The position numbers were made by a program, and so were the translations under genes. A stretch of 64,000 nucleotides of DNA from contig VXPE01000036.1 in the NCBI GenBank assembly GCA_009839745.1, positions 4,763 through 68,762 on the forward strand. The letters run 5' to 3'. The notes beneath the pieces are model-generated. The model worked only from the letters and a program-made list of their open reading frames with translations, had not been told where the DNA came from and ran no database searches. Of the stretch, positions 53,731 to 63,078 are shown piece by piece (position 1 is the stretch's first letter; each line of letters begins with the position of its first letter). This DNA is from Candidatus Poribacteria bacterium (GTDB lineage Bacteria > Poribacteria > WGA-4E > WGA-3G).

Positions 53731-53800
53731 TTAGCAATCAGCAGGCAGCAATCTCCTGTTCTGAAAATCCTGATTCTGACGAATTCGCTGACGGGCGAAT

Positions 53801-53829
53801 TTGCGAAGTCCCTACACCTATGCTATAAT
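53801..53829 (+). promoter_or_regulatory. candidate sigma70 promoter of the UPF0182 gene (TTGCGA-N17-TATAAT)
   Basis: aTTTGCGAagtccctacacctatgcTATAATgtc, then GTAGGAGG SD and ATG 53851. Confidence 0.5.
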
Positions 53830-53850
53830 GTCTTGTAGGAGGCATTCATT

Positions 53851-56760
53851 ATGACAGCAGATCTTGCTATCGCACAGTTACTTTTAAGCACACTCTTTGT
53901 CGGTGTTACCTTAATATGGGGTATCCTTCGGTATCGACGGAGCGGTTCCTGGCGGCGTGGCGTTCATAACAAATTGCAGGCGTATCTGCTCTGGACGTTG
54001 AGCGTGCTGATTGCGATGAGCTGCTTTTTCCCTTTGGCGCATCTCTATACAGAACACCTCTGGTTTGAACACGTTGGCTACGCTGCTGTGTTCTGGGGGC
54101 TCCAGAAGGTCCGGTGGGGCATTTTCGGTGTCTGTTTCATTGTCGCTGCTGGATTTATGAATGCCAACACGGCAATCGCTAACATGTTATGCCCAGAATC
54201 CCGCGAGTTTCGGCGCTGGACACATACGCAGACCTTCTCTTTCCATCGGATGGTCATCTGTATCACGTTGATTGCGGCATTTCTGCTCGCAGGACCGATG
54301 CTTCTATTAGACGATATAATGCTTCGGTACCTGAATCAATCAGATGTGGTAGCGGTAGAGAGTTCTCTCCACTTCGGAATGGATCGGAATTTCTACCTTT
54401 TTAGTTTCCCACTCCACCGATGGGTGAGTCTCTGGGTAGAGATAACGCTGTGGGTAACGTGTATTGTCGTTGGGTTGTTATATAATTTCTATTACCGTCG
54501 GGACGCCCACACAATGGCACGTGTGAAACGACATATTATCTTTCACGGCTCGGCTTTATGGATATTGCTACTGATCGTCAACGGGTGGCGGAGCTATGTG
54601 AACCTCTGGGACAAGGTATATACAAAGCCCCTGACGAACGGGCTGCAGACCCTCCATGGATTATTTTACATGGATTTTCACCTTGCAGGTGCTACGAAAA
54701 TTTATTGCGGCGTGCTGATCGGCATCGCAATCGTTATCGTGATTAACATCTTCTGGCGGAAACGCCTGTTGTGGTATGTGTCTGGGGCGATATGGGGATT
54801 GAGTTACGTGTTGTTGATCCAAGCATATCCGCTGGGTCTCCACGTGGCACGTATGCGTGTGGAACCTTTTCTCAAAGAGGGTCGGTACTTGCAGAGGCAC
54901 ATTGAAGAGACACGCCGCGCCTTTGATCTCGATGAGATCGTGAGGGTTGACCGCGAGCCTGGGACCGCAACACTGGAAATGATAACGGAAAATGCCGAGG
55001 TCAAGAAGAATATCCAAATTTGGGATCGACGCGTACTGTATGAGGCCCTCCGAGAGACACAGATTAAACCGCATTACAACTTCCATCCGTATACCGATGT
55101 CGACAGATATACAGTAGATGGTGAATATCGGCAGGTCCTGATAGCCGCCCGTGAAATTGATCCCGGTCCTGAGATTACGGGGTGGGATCGCCTGAAAACG
55201 GATCTGCGCTCTTTTACGCACGGCTATGGCGTGTGTGTCGCCCCCGTGAACGAGTTCGTTGGCGAGGGTTTACCGAAACTCTGGGTCAAGGATACACCGA
55301 TCGATAGTGCTTACAAGGAACTGACAGTAGAATATCCGCAGATTTACTACGGTGAGATGATCCGCAATTACATGATTGTGAACACCGATCGCGATGCAAA
55401 TAGTGCTGAACGCAGGCTGGACCCCGAAAGTGACGAGGGTGTTACGGAAACCCCAGAAATACCTGAATGGATGCAGCATACATACGCCGGGGACGGAGGC
55501 GTGTCTTTAGGTGGTTGGTTCCGTCGACTCTGTTTCGCGCTTCGATTCGATTTCATCCCCATCCTCATCTCAGAGAAGTTGACACCGGAGAGCCGAATCA
55601 TGTTCCGACGAAGGATCGGTACCCGTCGAAATGACCGCCTCGTCAAAGACCGTGTTTCATACATAGCCCCCTTCCTGAATTACGACCCCGATCCGTATAT
55701 TGTGATTAACGATAAACAGTTGTATTGGATCATCGACTTCTATGTAACGAGCCGGTATTATCCGAACGCACAGATGTATGTGGACGATAAGACGCAACTC
55801 ACAGACAGTGAGCTATATGAGGAGCCGGATTTTGACACATTCAACTACATCCGAAATGCTGGTGTCGCTGTCGTTAACGCTTACACCGGTGCGGTGGATT
55901 TCTATGCCATCAAGAAAGATGAAGTAGACGAAACCGTGATGCGGACTTATCAGAAAGCGTTTCCGAATCTCTTTAAATCACTCTCGGAGATGCCGGACGG
56001 GTTGGAGGCGCACTTGCGGTACCCGGATTACCTGACCCGGATTCAAGCGAGACTCTACGGCGATTATTACCGGCAAGCGAGCGGGTTCTATGATAATACG
56101 AACCCTTGGTCGATACCGAAAGAGGCATACTACTCCTCACAAGCCGATCAGGAAATGATGCCCTATTATGCTATGTTGAAGTTGCCGGGTGAGGAAAAAG
56201 TTGAGTTTGTGAATGTGATTCCATTCGCGCCGCAAGATCGCGAGAAACAGTTGAAGGCATGGATGGTGGCACGCTGCGATCAACCGCATTACGGTGAGCG
56301 TATCGTTTATGTGCTCCCTGAGAACGCAGGGATCGCCGGACCGACACAGGTGGAAGACGATATTAATAAAAAGACCGGAGATCAGCAACGCGGTTGGCAA
56401 ACGGCAAACGATGTGATTCGGGGCAATCTACTGATTATTCCGATTGAGAACGCGCTGTTCTATCTTGAGGCGATTTACCTGCAAGCGAAAAAGCCGGAGG
56501 GTGAAGATGACGACAAGCCGCGGCGTCCGAAGTTAGAGATGGTGGTCCTGAAGGCAGGATCAAATGAACTTGAGGCGGTACAGGCGCAGACATTTGATGA
56601 GGCGTTGAATATGCTGCTGTTGGGAATCCCAGCGAATGGTGAAACACTCACAAAAGGTGAGAAACCGTCAACGTTAGCGGAGTTAGTCCAACAATATCGG
56701 GAGCGGGAAGCCGATAGCAATCAACTCCTTGAGCAGATCCTTGAGAAGATGGTGGAATAG
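53851..56760 (+). CDS. UPF0182 family membrane protein
   Basis: About 970 aa; N-terminal multi-TM region, large C-terminal domain with YYAMLKLPGEEKVEFVNVIPFAP, GNLLIIPIENALFYLEAIYLQA typical of UPF0182. Confidence 0.8.
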   Translation: MTADLAIAQLLLSTLFVGVTLIWGILRYRRSGSWRRGVHNKLQAYLLWTLSVLIAMSCFFPLAHLYTEHLWFEHVGYAAVFWGLQKVRWGIFGVCFIVAAGFMNANTAIANMLCPESREFRRWTHTQTFSFHRMVICITLIAAFLLAGPMLLLDDIMLRYLNQSDVVAVESSLHFGMDRNFYLFSFPLHRWVSLWVEITLWVTCIVVGLLYNFYYRRDAHTMARVKRHIIFHGSALWILLLIVNGWRSYVNLWDKVYTKPLTNGLQTLHGLFYMDFHLAGATKIYCGVLIGIAIVIVINIFWRKRLLWYVSGAIWGLSYVLLIQAYPLGLHVARMRVEPFLKEGRYLQRHIEETRRAFDLDEIVRVDREPGTATLEMITENAEVKKNIQIWDRRVLYEALRETQIKPHYNFHPYTDVDRYTVDGEYRQVLIAAREIDPGPEITGWDRLKTDLRSFTHGYGVCVAPVNEFVGEGLPKLWVKDTPIDSAYKELTVEYPQIYYGEMIRNYMIVNTDRDANSAERRLDPESDEGVTETPEIPEWMQHTYAGDGGVSLGGWFRRLCFALRFDFIPILISEKLTPESRIMFRRRIGTRRNDRLVKDRVSYIAPFLNYDPDPYIVINDKQLYWIIDFYVTSRYYPNAQMYVDDKTQLTDSELYEEPDFDTFNYIRNAGVAVVNAYTGAVDFYAIKKDEVDETVMRTYQKAFPNLFKSLSEMPDGLEAHLRYPDYLTRIQARLYGDYYRQASGFYDNTNPWSIPKEAYYSSQADQEMMPYYAMLKLPGEEKVEFVNVIPFAPQDREKQLKAWMVARCDQPHYGERIVYVLPENAGIAGPTQVEDDINKKTGDQQRGWQTANDVIRGNLLIIPIENALFYLEAIYLQAKKPEGEDDDKPRRPKLEMVVLKAGSNELEAVQAQTFDEALNMLLLGIPANGETLTKGEKPSTLAELVQQYREREADSNQLLEQILEKMVE

Positions 56761-56790
56761 TCATTAGCCGTCAGCAATCAGCAATTATTG

Positions 56791-57531
56791 CTAATGACCA
56801 ATCGCCTCTTTACACAGGGCACTGTAATACTCCACACACACCGCTAACACCGCCTCCAATTCTGTGGGAAACGGTTCCGATTTCGGACGGTACGGCGCAA
56901 ACCCTGTGCTCCGATGCACGTTCTGATACCAATACGGTGCCCATACGCCATCCGCGGGATTCCCACCAGCCTCCCAAGACAGCATTGATCGCTCGAATTC
57001 CAACCCGAGCCGCTCACATAATTGTGACAAAACAGTAGACGGGTTCTCCAATAACAGTCGCGCGTCGAGAATTGGAGGGGACTGCCCCGCGGCGCGTAGG
57101 TCCTTTAAGAGATCGTATTGTGTTTTGAGTCCGGTGTCGGCGAGTGTTGGTGTCCCGATGACCTTGGCAAGAGAGGGAAGCATCTCTCGTGGGTCGCGGA
57201 TGAGTAGAACGTTGTGGGTGTGTTGAAGGAAACTGAGGTTAATGTTGAGGAGGTGGTGCGCCATCTGTTTCATAAAAAGCACAGGCTTCTCACAGGAACC
57301 AAGGATCACCTGCTCAATCACCTGTTCGCCGTCTGTTGACATAGATGCCAGCACCTCTGCTGCGCCGGGATGTGTACCCTTGAAAGCCTGTGCACCGTAT
57401 TTTGTGTAGAGGTAGTGTGCGTAGAGCGGTTCGTCAATGACCTCGGTATCGCTGCGTTGTGCGAAGGCGTACATCAGTGCGGTTGAGACGTTCCGCGGTC
57501 CCGACCAGAGACAGATACGTTTTGTGTCCAA
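56791..57531 (-). CDS. sulfotransferase-like P-loop protein
   Basis: N-terminal ICLWSGPRNVSTALMYAF (PAPS-binding-loop-like) and LLIRDPREM; assignment from motif recognition only. Confidence 0.5.
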   Translation of the reverse strand: MDTKRICLWSGPRNVSTALMYAFAQRSDTEVIDEPLYAHYLYTKYGAQAFKGTHPGAAEVLASMSTDGEQVIEQVILGSCEKPVLFMKQMAHHLLNINLSFLQHTHNVLLIRDPREMLPSLAKVIGTPTLADTGLKTQYDLLKDLRAAGQSPPILDARLLLENPSTVLSQLCERLGLEFERSMLSWEAGGNPADGVWAPYWYQNVHRSTGFAPYRPKSEPFPTELEAVLAVCVEYYSALCKEAIGH

Positions 57532-57551
57532 GTTGTGTATCCTTTAAAACA

Positions 57552-58391
57552 TTACCGCCGCTGGCGGTGTCTACCCCGCCTATTCCGTCGACGCGCCTTC
57601 CTCTCTTCGCCTTCTCCGGTTTCGCCGGTGAGATCGCTCACTCCAACCAGCGCTACGTGAGGTCGGTTGTGCATCCAGAAAATGAGCCCAATGCCGACAA
57701 TGAACGCCGCGATACTGAAAAATTGTGCTGCGGTCATCCACCCAAGTACGCGCGGTGTGATCCGCCAGAACTCGGCAATAAACCGCTCCACCCCCAACGC
57801 GACAAGACTCGCACCGAACAAAACACCAGGTGTCTCCTCAAGTCTACGGCGTTGCGACCAGAGAATACCGAAAAATGCGAATGACATTAGGGTCTCGTAT
57901 ATAGGGGTTGGATGGACAGGAACATCGGTTGGGACAGTGCCGTTAGGGAACGCCATCGCCCACGGTAGATCTGACGGGGGTCCATAGTCACCATCACCAG
58001 CGAGGAGACATCCGATCCGACCAATGCCGTATCCAAGAATGACTGTCGGACCGACAATGTCGATTGTAGGTAGGAATGGATTCGGAGAGCGGAGGACGAC
58101 GATAATAACGGCGAGACATCCACCGATGAAACCGCCATACCAGACTAATCCACTCGTTGAGAAGAGTTCGTGAAAAGTGATTTGACCGTCGAGTAATGCA
58201 GAATAGAGTTTCGCGCCGACAATGCCGCCGATTGCTGCAGCCATGACGATCGTCGAAGCGAGTTCTGGGACAAAACCCCTTCGCTTCAAATCGGATTGTA
58301 TAACAAAGACGACAGTAATAAACGCCGTAGCTAACATCAACCCGTAAGAATGGATACCCACGGGACCGAAATCAATGATCGTTGGATACAT
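57552..58391 (-). CDS. lgt: prolipoprotein diacylglyceryl transferase
   Basis: GPVGIHSYGLMLATAF, GRIGCLLAGDGDYG, HPTPIYE; basic C-terminal tail. Confidence 0.9.
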   Translation of the reverse strand: MYPTIIDFGPVGIHSYGLMLATAFITVVFVIQSDLKRRGFVPELASTIVMAAAIGGIVGAKLYSALLDGQITFHELFSTSGLVWYGGFIGGCLAVIIVVLRSPNPFLPTIDIVGPTVILGYGIGRIGCLLAGDGDYGPPSDLPWAMAFPNGTVPTDVPVHPTPIYETLMSFAFFGILWSQRRRLEETPGVLFGASLVALGVERFIAEFWRITPRVLGWMTAAQFFSIAAFIVGIGLIFWMHNRPHVALVGVSDLTGETGEGEERKARRRNRRGRHRQRR

Positions 58392-58397
58392 TAATAT

Positions 58398-59102
58398 TTA
58401 TTCTCCGAGGTAAGCCTGTCGCACGCGTTCGTCGGCTAACAGGTCGGCAGAGGTGCCTTCAATTGTAATTTCACCGGTTTCCATAACGTAGCCTCTATCG
58501 GTTACTTGCAGTGCGATTTGTGCGTTCTGCTCGACGAGGAGGATAGTTGTGCCATCGGCGTTAATCTGCTGGATGATCTCGAAAATCTGTTTTACGATCA
58601 GAGGTGCAAGTCCTAAGGAGGGTTCGTCTAATAAGAGAAGTTTCGGTCTGGACATCAGGGCGCGTCCGATTGCCAGCATCTGTTGTTCGCCACCGCTGAG
58701 ACTGCCCCCCCGCTGTTTCTGCCGGTTCTGTAGGACGGGAAAAAACTGAAAGATTCTGTCTAAATCATCTTTGATGGCACTTTTGTCGCTCCTTGAATAG
58801 GCACCGAGTTCGAGGTTTTCAAGGACACTCATATCCGGAAAGATGAGTCGTCCCTCTGGGACCTGTGAGATACCGAGGATGACGCGTTCTTCTGCGGATG
58901 TTGTTGTGATGTCGTTACCATCAAAGTGTACACTGCCTTCAACGGGGGTATGTATCCCGGATGTCGTCATGAGCGTTGTCGATTTTCCGGCACCGTTGGC
59001 ACCGATCAAACAGACCATCTCGTTCTCATTGATAGCGATAGAGATGCCTCGAACGGCGCGTATGTTTCCGTAATAGGTATGAATATTTTGAAGTTCAAGC
59101 AT
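58398..59102 (-). CDS. livF: branched-chain amino acid ABC transporter ATP-binding protein LivF-type
   Basis: ATG 59102 overlaps the livG stop (ATGCTTGA); Walker A GANGAGKST, signature LSGGEQQML, Walker B LLLLDEP. Confidence 0.88.
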   Translation of the reverse strand: MLELQNIHTYYGNIRAVRGISIAINENEMVCLIGANGAGKSTTLMTTSGIHTPVEGSVHFDGNDITTTSAEERVILGISQVPEGRLIFPDMSVLENLELGAYSRSDKSAIKDDLDRIFQFFPVLQNRQKQRGGSLSGGEQQMLAIGRALMSRPKLLLLDEPSLGLAPLIVKQIFEIIQQINADGTTILLVEQNAQIALQVTDRGYVMETGEITIEGTSADLLADERVRQAYLGE

Positions 59103-59877
59103 CGTCAGAAGTCCCCAAATATGCCTCAATGACGCGTTGGTCGTTCTGTACGTCCGTAGGTATCCCCTCGCTGATTTTTTCCCCATGGTCTAATACGGTA
59201 ACCCAATCGGAGATTTGCATCACCAACTTTACGTCGTGTTCAATGAGAAGCACGGTGATTCCCTGCTCTCGTATGGCGTAGATCAGGTCAATAAGTTCTT
59301 GCGTCTCTTGAGGATTCATTCCAGCGGCGGGTTCATCAAGGAGCAGGAGTTTCGGTTCAGTTGCTAAAGCTCTGGCGATTTCAACGCGGCGTTGGTCGCC
59401 GTAGGAAAGGTTTCCTGCTGTGTGGTCGCTGATGTCGTCTAACCCGACAAATTCAAGCATATCACGTGCGCGTGCGGTGATCTCCTCTTCCTCACTTTTC
59501 TGCCGATTTGTGCGGAAGACTGCGCCGACAAACGTGCTGATCGTGCGGGGATGCCTTCCGATTTTAACATTATCAAGAACTGTGAGTTCTGCGAAGAGTC
59601 GTATGTTCTGAAAGGTCCTGCCAATGCCGAGTTTTGTAACTTGGTCTGGACGGAGATCTGTAATGGCTTCTCCTAAGAAATCAACGGTGCCAAATGTTGG
59701 TTTATCCAAACCCGTAACACAGTTGAAGAGTGTCGTTTTTCCTGCACCGTTCGGTCCAATTAAGCTGAAGATTTGTCCGGGGTGTACAGCCATTGTCACT
59801 TCGGACAACGCGATGACCCCACCATAATGTCGACTGAGTCCATTTGTTGAGAGCAAGCGTATGGAGGTATTTTGCAT
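59095..59877 (-). CDS. livG: branched-chain amino acid ABC transporter ATP-binding protein LivG-type
   Basis: Walker A GPNGAGKTT, signature LSYGDQRRV, Walker B LLLLDEPAAG, LivG-type C-terminus. Confidence 0.88.
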   Translation of the reverse strand: MQNTSIRLLSTNGLSRHYGGVIALSEVTMAVHPGQIFSLIGPNGAGKTTLFNCVTGLDKPTFGTVDFLGEAITDLRPDQVTKLGIGRTFQNIRLFAELTVLDNVKIGRHPRTISTFVGAVFRTNRQKSEEEEITARARDMLEFVGLDDISDHTAGNLSYGDQRRVEIARALATEPKLLLLDEPAAGMNPQETQELIDLIYAIREQGITVLLIEHDVKLVMQISDWVTVLDHGEKISEGIPTDVQNDQRVIEAYLGTSDDA

Positions 59878-59911
59878 TTTTCTCCCCTCGTTTCGATTGT
59901 CTACACTTTAA

Positions 59912-59941
59912 AGTATACCTTTAACTGAAAGGAGATGTCAA
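59912..59941 (-). promoter_or_regulatory. candidate sigma70 promoter for livGF (TTGACA-N18-TATACT)
   Basis: Minus strand aaTTGACAtctcctttcagttaaaggTATACTttaa. Confidence 0.45.
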
Positions 59942-60061
59942 TTTGTTTTTCGGGCTTATTCCTGTAGGAGCAGCACAACACAGATTTGACATCCATCCTT
60001 ATACTATGTTATACTTTACTTATATATTAAGGTATAGAGGAAAGACTTTATCGAACTGTAA

Positions 60062-61027
60062 ATGGATATGACGCATTCAAAAAAGAACACCACTCTTGAA
60101 TATTGGTTGGCACTTGCCTCCGTTGAGGGACTCGGTAGCGTGCGGATTAGACGGCTGATAGCACGCTTCGGTAGTGTGCAGGCAATTTTTGAAGCGGAAC
60201 TCCCCGAAATTGCGCGATTGCCTTCCTTCAACCCTGTTCTCGCATCTCGGATACTCACAGTATCCGGGAACTTTCCGACCTTTCGTGAGAGACTCGATGC
60301 TCTCGAAAATCAGGATGTCAGGGTAATGTGCCTTGAAGATCCAGACTATCCAGCCCCTCTCAAAAATCTGCCCGACGCTCCGGGAATCCTCTGTAGGGTC
60401 GGGACGTTAACAGGCATCGGTGATCGATGTGTTTCGATTGTGGGGAGTCAGAAACCGAGCATAGAAGGAATTGAACTGACGCTTTCGCTGGCGACACAAC
60501 TCGCGCTTGCCGGATTCACGGTTGTCAGTGGATTAGCAACGGGTATTGATACGTATGCCCACTCGGGTGCGCTCGCGGGTATGGGAAAGACGATTGGCGT
60601 TGTCGGAACGGATCTGTCTTCTATCTATCCCGGACGGAACAATCCACTCGCAATGAAAATTTATGAGCATGGTTGTCTGTTTTCAGAGCATCCATTCCCG
60701 ACTGCCCCGTCACCGGGCAACCTTGTGCAGAGAAACCGTATTATCAGCGGTCTTTCTATAGCAACCATTGTAATTGAAGCGCGAAAGACTGGGGGTGCGA
60801 TGCATACAGCACGGTATGCGCAGCGTCAGGACAGATCGGTTCTGGCATGTCGCTGGGATACAGGGCACACGCAACGGGAAGGACCTCAAGAGTTGATAGG
60901 GACAGGCGCGTTTCCTTTCGCACCGACCGAAGTTGACAAGGTGATTGATGTGCTAACGCATCCAGAACGGCTTGAAACGTATGTGAGTGGAACAATCAGC
61001 GAACAGATGGGATTGTTTGAAGAGTAG
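60062..61027 (+). CDS. dprA: DNA-processing protein DprA (Smf)
   Basis: Rossmann-like core VSGLATGIDTYAHSGALA...GGAMHTARYA with N-terminal SAM-like helix bundle (LASVEGLGSVRIRRLI). Confidence 0.85.
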   Translation: MDMTHSKKNTTLEYWLALASVEGLGSVRIRRLIARFGSVQAIFEAELPEIARLPSFNPVLASRILTVSGNFPTFRERLDALENQDVRVMCLEDPDYPAPLKNLPDAPGILCRVGTLTGIGDRCVSIVGSQKPSIEGIELTLSLATQLALAGFTVVSGLATGIDTYAHSGALAGMGKTIGVVGTDLSSIYPGRNNPLAMKIYEHGCLFSEHPFPTAPSPGNLVQRNRIISGLSIATIVIEARKTGGAMHTARYAQRQDRSVLACRWDTGHTQREGPQELIGTGAFPFAPTEVDKVIDVLTHPERLETYVSGTISEQMGLFEE

Positions 61028-61144
61028 CACTCAGAAGTTGGGAACTGGAGTTCCTTGAAGAAAAAATTGCTTTTTTTTTCAATGTGTGATATACTATATA
61101 ATGTCCTTAAACTTGATGATGTGAGTACATGTATCAATTTTTTC

Positions 61145-61172
61145 TTGACACCGTTAAAATTTATGGTAAATT
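61145..61172 (+). promoter_or_regulatory. candidate sigma70 promoter A (TTGACA-N16-TAAATT)
   Basis: tcTTGACAccgttaaaatttatggTAAATTtacg. Confidence 0.4.
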
Positions 61173-61194
61173 TACGTAAAAATGAAGTTTTCTC

Positions 61195-61223
61195 TTGACA
61201 AAAGAGACTAATTTTCATATAAT
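61195..61223 (+). promoter_or_regulatory. consensus sigma70 promoter B (TTGACA-N17-TATAAT)
   Basis: tcTTGACAaaagagactaattttcaTATAATtttg. Confidence 0.55.
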
Positions 61224-61246
61224 TTTGGGAAAATCCGTAATTTACC

Positions 61247-61275
61247 TTTACAAAGTTTGCAATTTTTGCTAAACT
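61247..61275 (+). promoter_or_regulatory. candidate sigma70 promoter C (TTTACA-N17-TAAACT with TGn)
   Basis: ccTTTACAaagtttgcaatttttgcTAAACTttaa. Confidence 0.45.
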
Positions 61276-61561
61276 TTAAGGTACTCGTTTAGATATTGAC
61301 TTTCGGGCGAGGGGTGCAACAATCCAATGGTGTTTTACTCTGTTAACTGCCCTCGCGGAATTCTGTTCTCAACGTGTCGGTTTGTTCTTTACGCACCGCG
61401 AAGAGGACAACAAACGAAATAGCCTTACGTTACTTGACTTAACGAGAATATGATCATAGGTTTTGAAGCGTTGCTGAATTGTACAAGCAGCAGCACTATA
61501 GAAACCGACTTTCCCCGATGCTTTCGCGAGCGTCTATGGGAAAGGACCGAAAGTTGTTAGG

Positions 61562-61586
61562 ACACCCTATCCGAAGGGTGTATTTT
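61562..61586 (+). terminator. terminator/attenuator-like hairpin just upstream of the lipoprotein SD
   Basis: ACACCCT-atccga-AGGGTGT followed by ATTTTG; the AAGGAG SD follows about 20 nt later. Confidence 0.4.
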
Positions 61587-61618
61587 GATAAACTTTACAA
61601 TTTAAGGAGTTAACTCTA

Positions 61619-62272
61619 ATGACAAAATTGTTTAGAACCTTCGCTTTATTGCTGGCAGGCTTGTTCGCCCTTTCGCTGATAGTCGGCTGCGGTGGCGATG
61701 ATGATGGTGACGGTGAAGCAGCTGCACCAGCCAACTTCGTAAGTGCTGCCCCGCCGGGCGGTGAGATTGCCGCGAATGGAAGTATTACAGTTACCTTTGA
61801 CAACGCCCCCGCTGATGTCACGGTAAGTGCCGGTACTGTCACAGTTGCCGGTAAAACAGCGACTATCGCGGGTCCTTTCACCCCTGGTCCGCTCGCGTTG
61901 ACGATCACTTGGGCTGATGGAACGCAAGCACTGAACTATACGGTCACCGCACCGGATACCGATCCACCGGCAGTCACGGGTGGCACCGTCTCAGATGGTG
62001 ATAAAGATGTCGATCCCGAAGCTATCAACACCGCCGCAGCGATTGAAATCGAGTTCAGTGAAGACGTTTCTGGTAACGTCGCACTTCAGACCGAAGGCGG
62101 CGATGATGTCGGTTGGCTTGGTAAAGTCGAAGGCAACAAAGCGACGCTCGAGCTTGTCAAAGGTAAAGAGATTGGCAACGAGACGACTTATGTTATCGCA
62201 GGTAAAGTCTCAGACGCTGCTGGCAACTCTACTGATGTCAGTGTAACCTTTGTAACCAAGGGTAAAGAGTAA
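61619..62272 (+). CDS. lipoprotein with Ig-like (SbsA_Ig/Big-type) repeats
   Basis: AAGGAG SD; lipobox LIVGCGG; two units of the type SPADGATDV-like (PPGGEIAANGSITVTFDNAPADV; VSDGDKDVDPEAINTAAAIEIEFSEDV). Confidence 0.6.
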   Translation: MTKLFRTFALLLAGLFALSLIVGCGGDDDGDGEAAAPANFVSAAPPGGEIAANGSITVTFDNAPADVTVSAGTVTVAGKTATIAGPFTPGPLALTITWADGTQALNYTVTAPDTDPPAVTGGTVSDGDKDVDPEAINTAAAIEIEFSEDVSGNVALQTEGGDDVGWLGKVEGNKATLELVKGKEIGNETTYVIAGKVSDAAGNSTDVSVTFVTKGKE

Positions 62273-62295
62273 AATTGAGGCTATTTCGACAAAGA

Positions 62296-62328
62296 GGGCG
62301 GCGTATTTTCAATACGTTGCCCTTTTTT
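62296..62328 (+). terminator. intrinsic terminator after the lipoprotein gene
   Basis: 11-bp stem GGGCGGCGTAT/ATACGTTGCCC (two G-T pairs), loop tttca, then T6. Confidence 0.8.
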
Positions 62329-62354
62329 AATGACTGACTGCCAATTATTTTTTG

Positions 62355-62384
62355 TTTACACAATTTTTGGAGTCATGCTATAAT
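62355..62384 (+). promoter_or_regulatory. candidate sigma70 promoter upstream of the ECF sigma gene (TTTACA-N18-TATAAT with TGn)
   Basis: tgTTTACAcaatttttggagtcatgcTATAATaaaa. Confidence 0.45.
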
Positions 62385-62493
62385 AAAATCGTAGAAGGGA
62401 CTTCTGATAACTAACAACCATTTTTTTTGAACGGTTTTCAAAAAGGCGTTGTCTAACCCATTAATCCGTTAGAAACCTGAAGGAGAAAGTTCG

Positions 62494-63078
62494 GTGGAAA
62501 GAACTGAAGCCTTGCTCATTGCCGATCTTTGTGAAGGTGACGAGACAGCATTGGCACCGTTGGTGGAAAAATATAAGCGGACGGTCTACCGTCTCGCGAT
62601 GCAGATCACCAAGAACCACGCGGATGCCGATGATGTTATGCAAGAGACCTTTATTAAGGTGTACCGCTCAATTCGGACGTTTCGGAAGGATGCAGCCTTT
62701 GAGACGTGGCTCTACCGAATAACGGTCAATGAAGCACTGAACTTTGTCAAACGTAGAGAGCGGCAGCGAGTGTCTACACTTGAGACGGCATCGGAATCGG
62801 AATATGAGGCGGTCACGCGATACCGCGCCCAGGTCGCCAATGATCCGCATGCCCATGCTGAAAAGGCTGAATTGCGACATCACGTCACAAAGGCAGTCAA
62901 TAGTCTCTCACTGAAGCATCGGACAGTTGTTATTCTTCATGAATTTGAAGGGTTAACGCACGCGGAGATCGCTGCAATCCTCAATTGCTCCGAAGGCACA
63001 GTCCGCTCCCGCTTGCATTATGCGCGCAAAAAGCTCCGAACCTTGCTCAAACCTTACGTAGATGCGAGTAATGTTTAG
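62494..63078 (+). CDS. RNA polymerase sigma-70 family, ECF subfamily
   Basis: AAGGAG SD, GTG start; region 2 DADDVMQETFIKVYRSIRTFR...FETWLYRITVNEALN; region 4 LKHRTVVILHEFEGLTHAEIAAILNCSEGTVRSRLHYARKKL. Confidence 0.88.
   Translation: MERTEALLIADLCEGDETALAPLVEKYKRTVYRLAMQITKNHADADDVMQETFIKVYRSIRTFRKDAAFETWLYRITVNEALNFVKRRERQRVSTLETASESEYEAVTRYRAQVANDPHAHAEKAELRHHVTKAVNSLSLKHRTVVILHEFEGLTHAEIAAILNCSEGTVRSRLHYARKKLRTLLKPYVDASNV

Larger units (their letters stand above)
52816..53800. other. AT-rich non-coding promoter island (no credible ORF)
   Basis: About 1 kb between divergent genes, visibly AT-rich, with six further co-oriented promoter modules and several hairpins. Track ORF 53403..53654 has a low-complexity, non-protein-like sequence. 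Confidence 0.6.

Noticed and set aside
61327-61611. Small ORFs in the long leader: 31 codons from 61327, 16 codons from 61450, and 31 codons from 61518
   Set aside because: They have no convincing SD and unremarkable sequences. I kept them only as a caveat in the leader finding.
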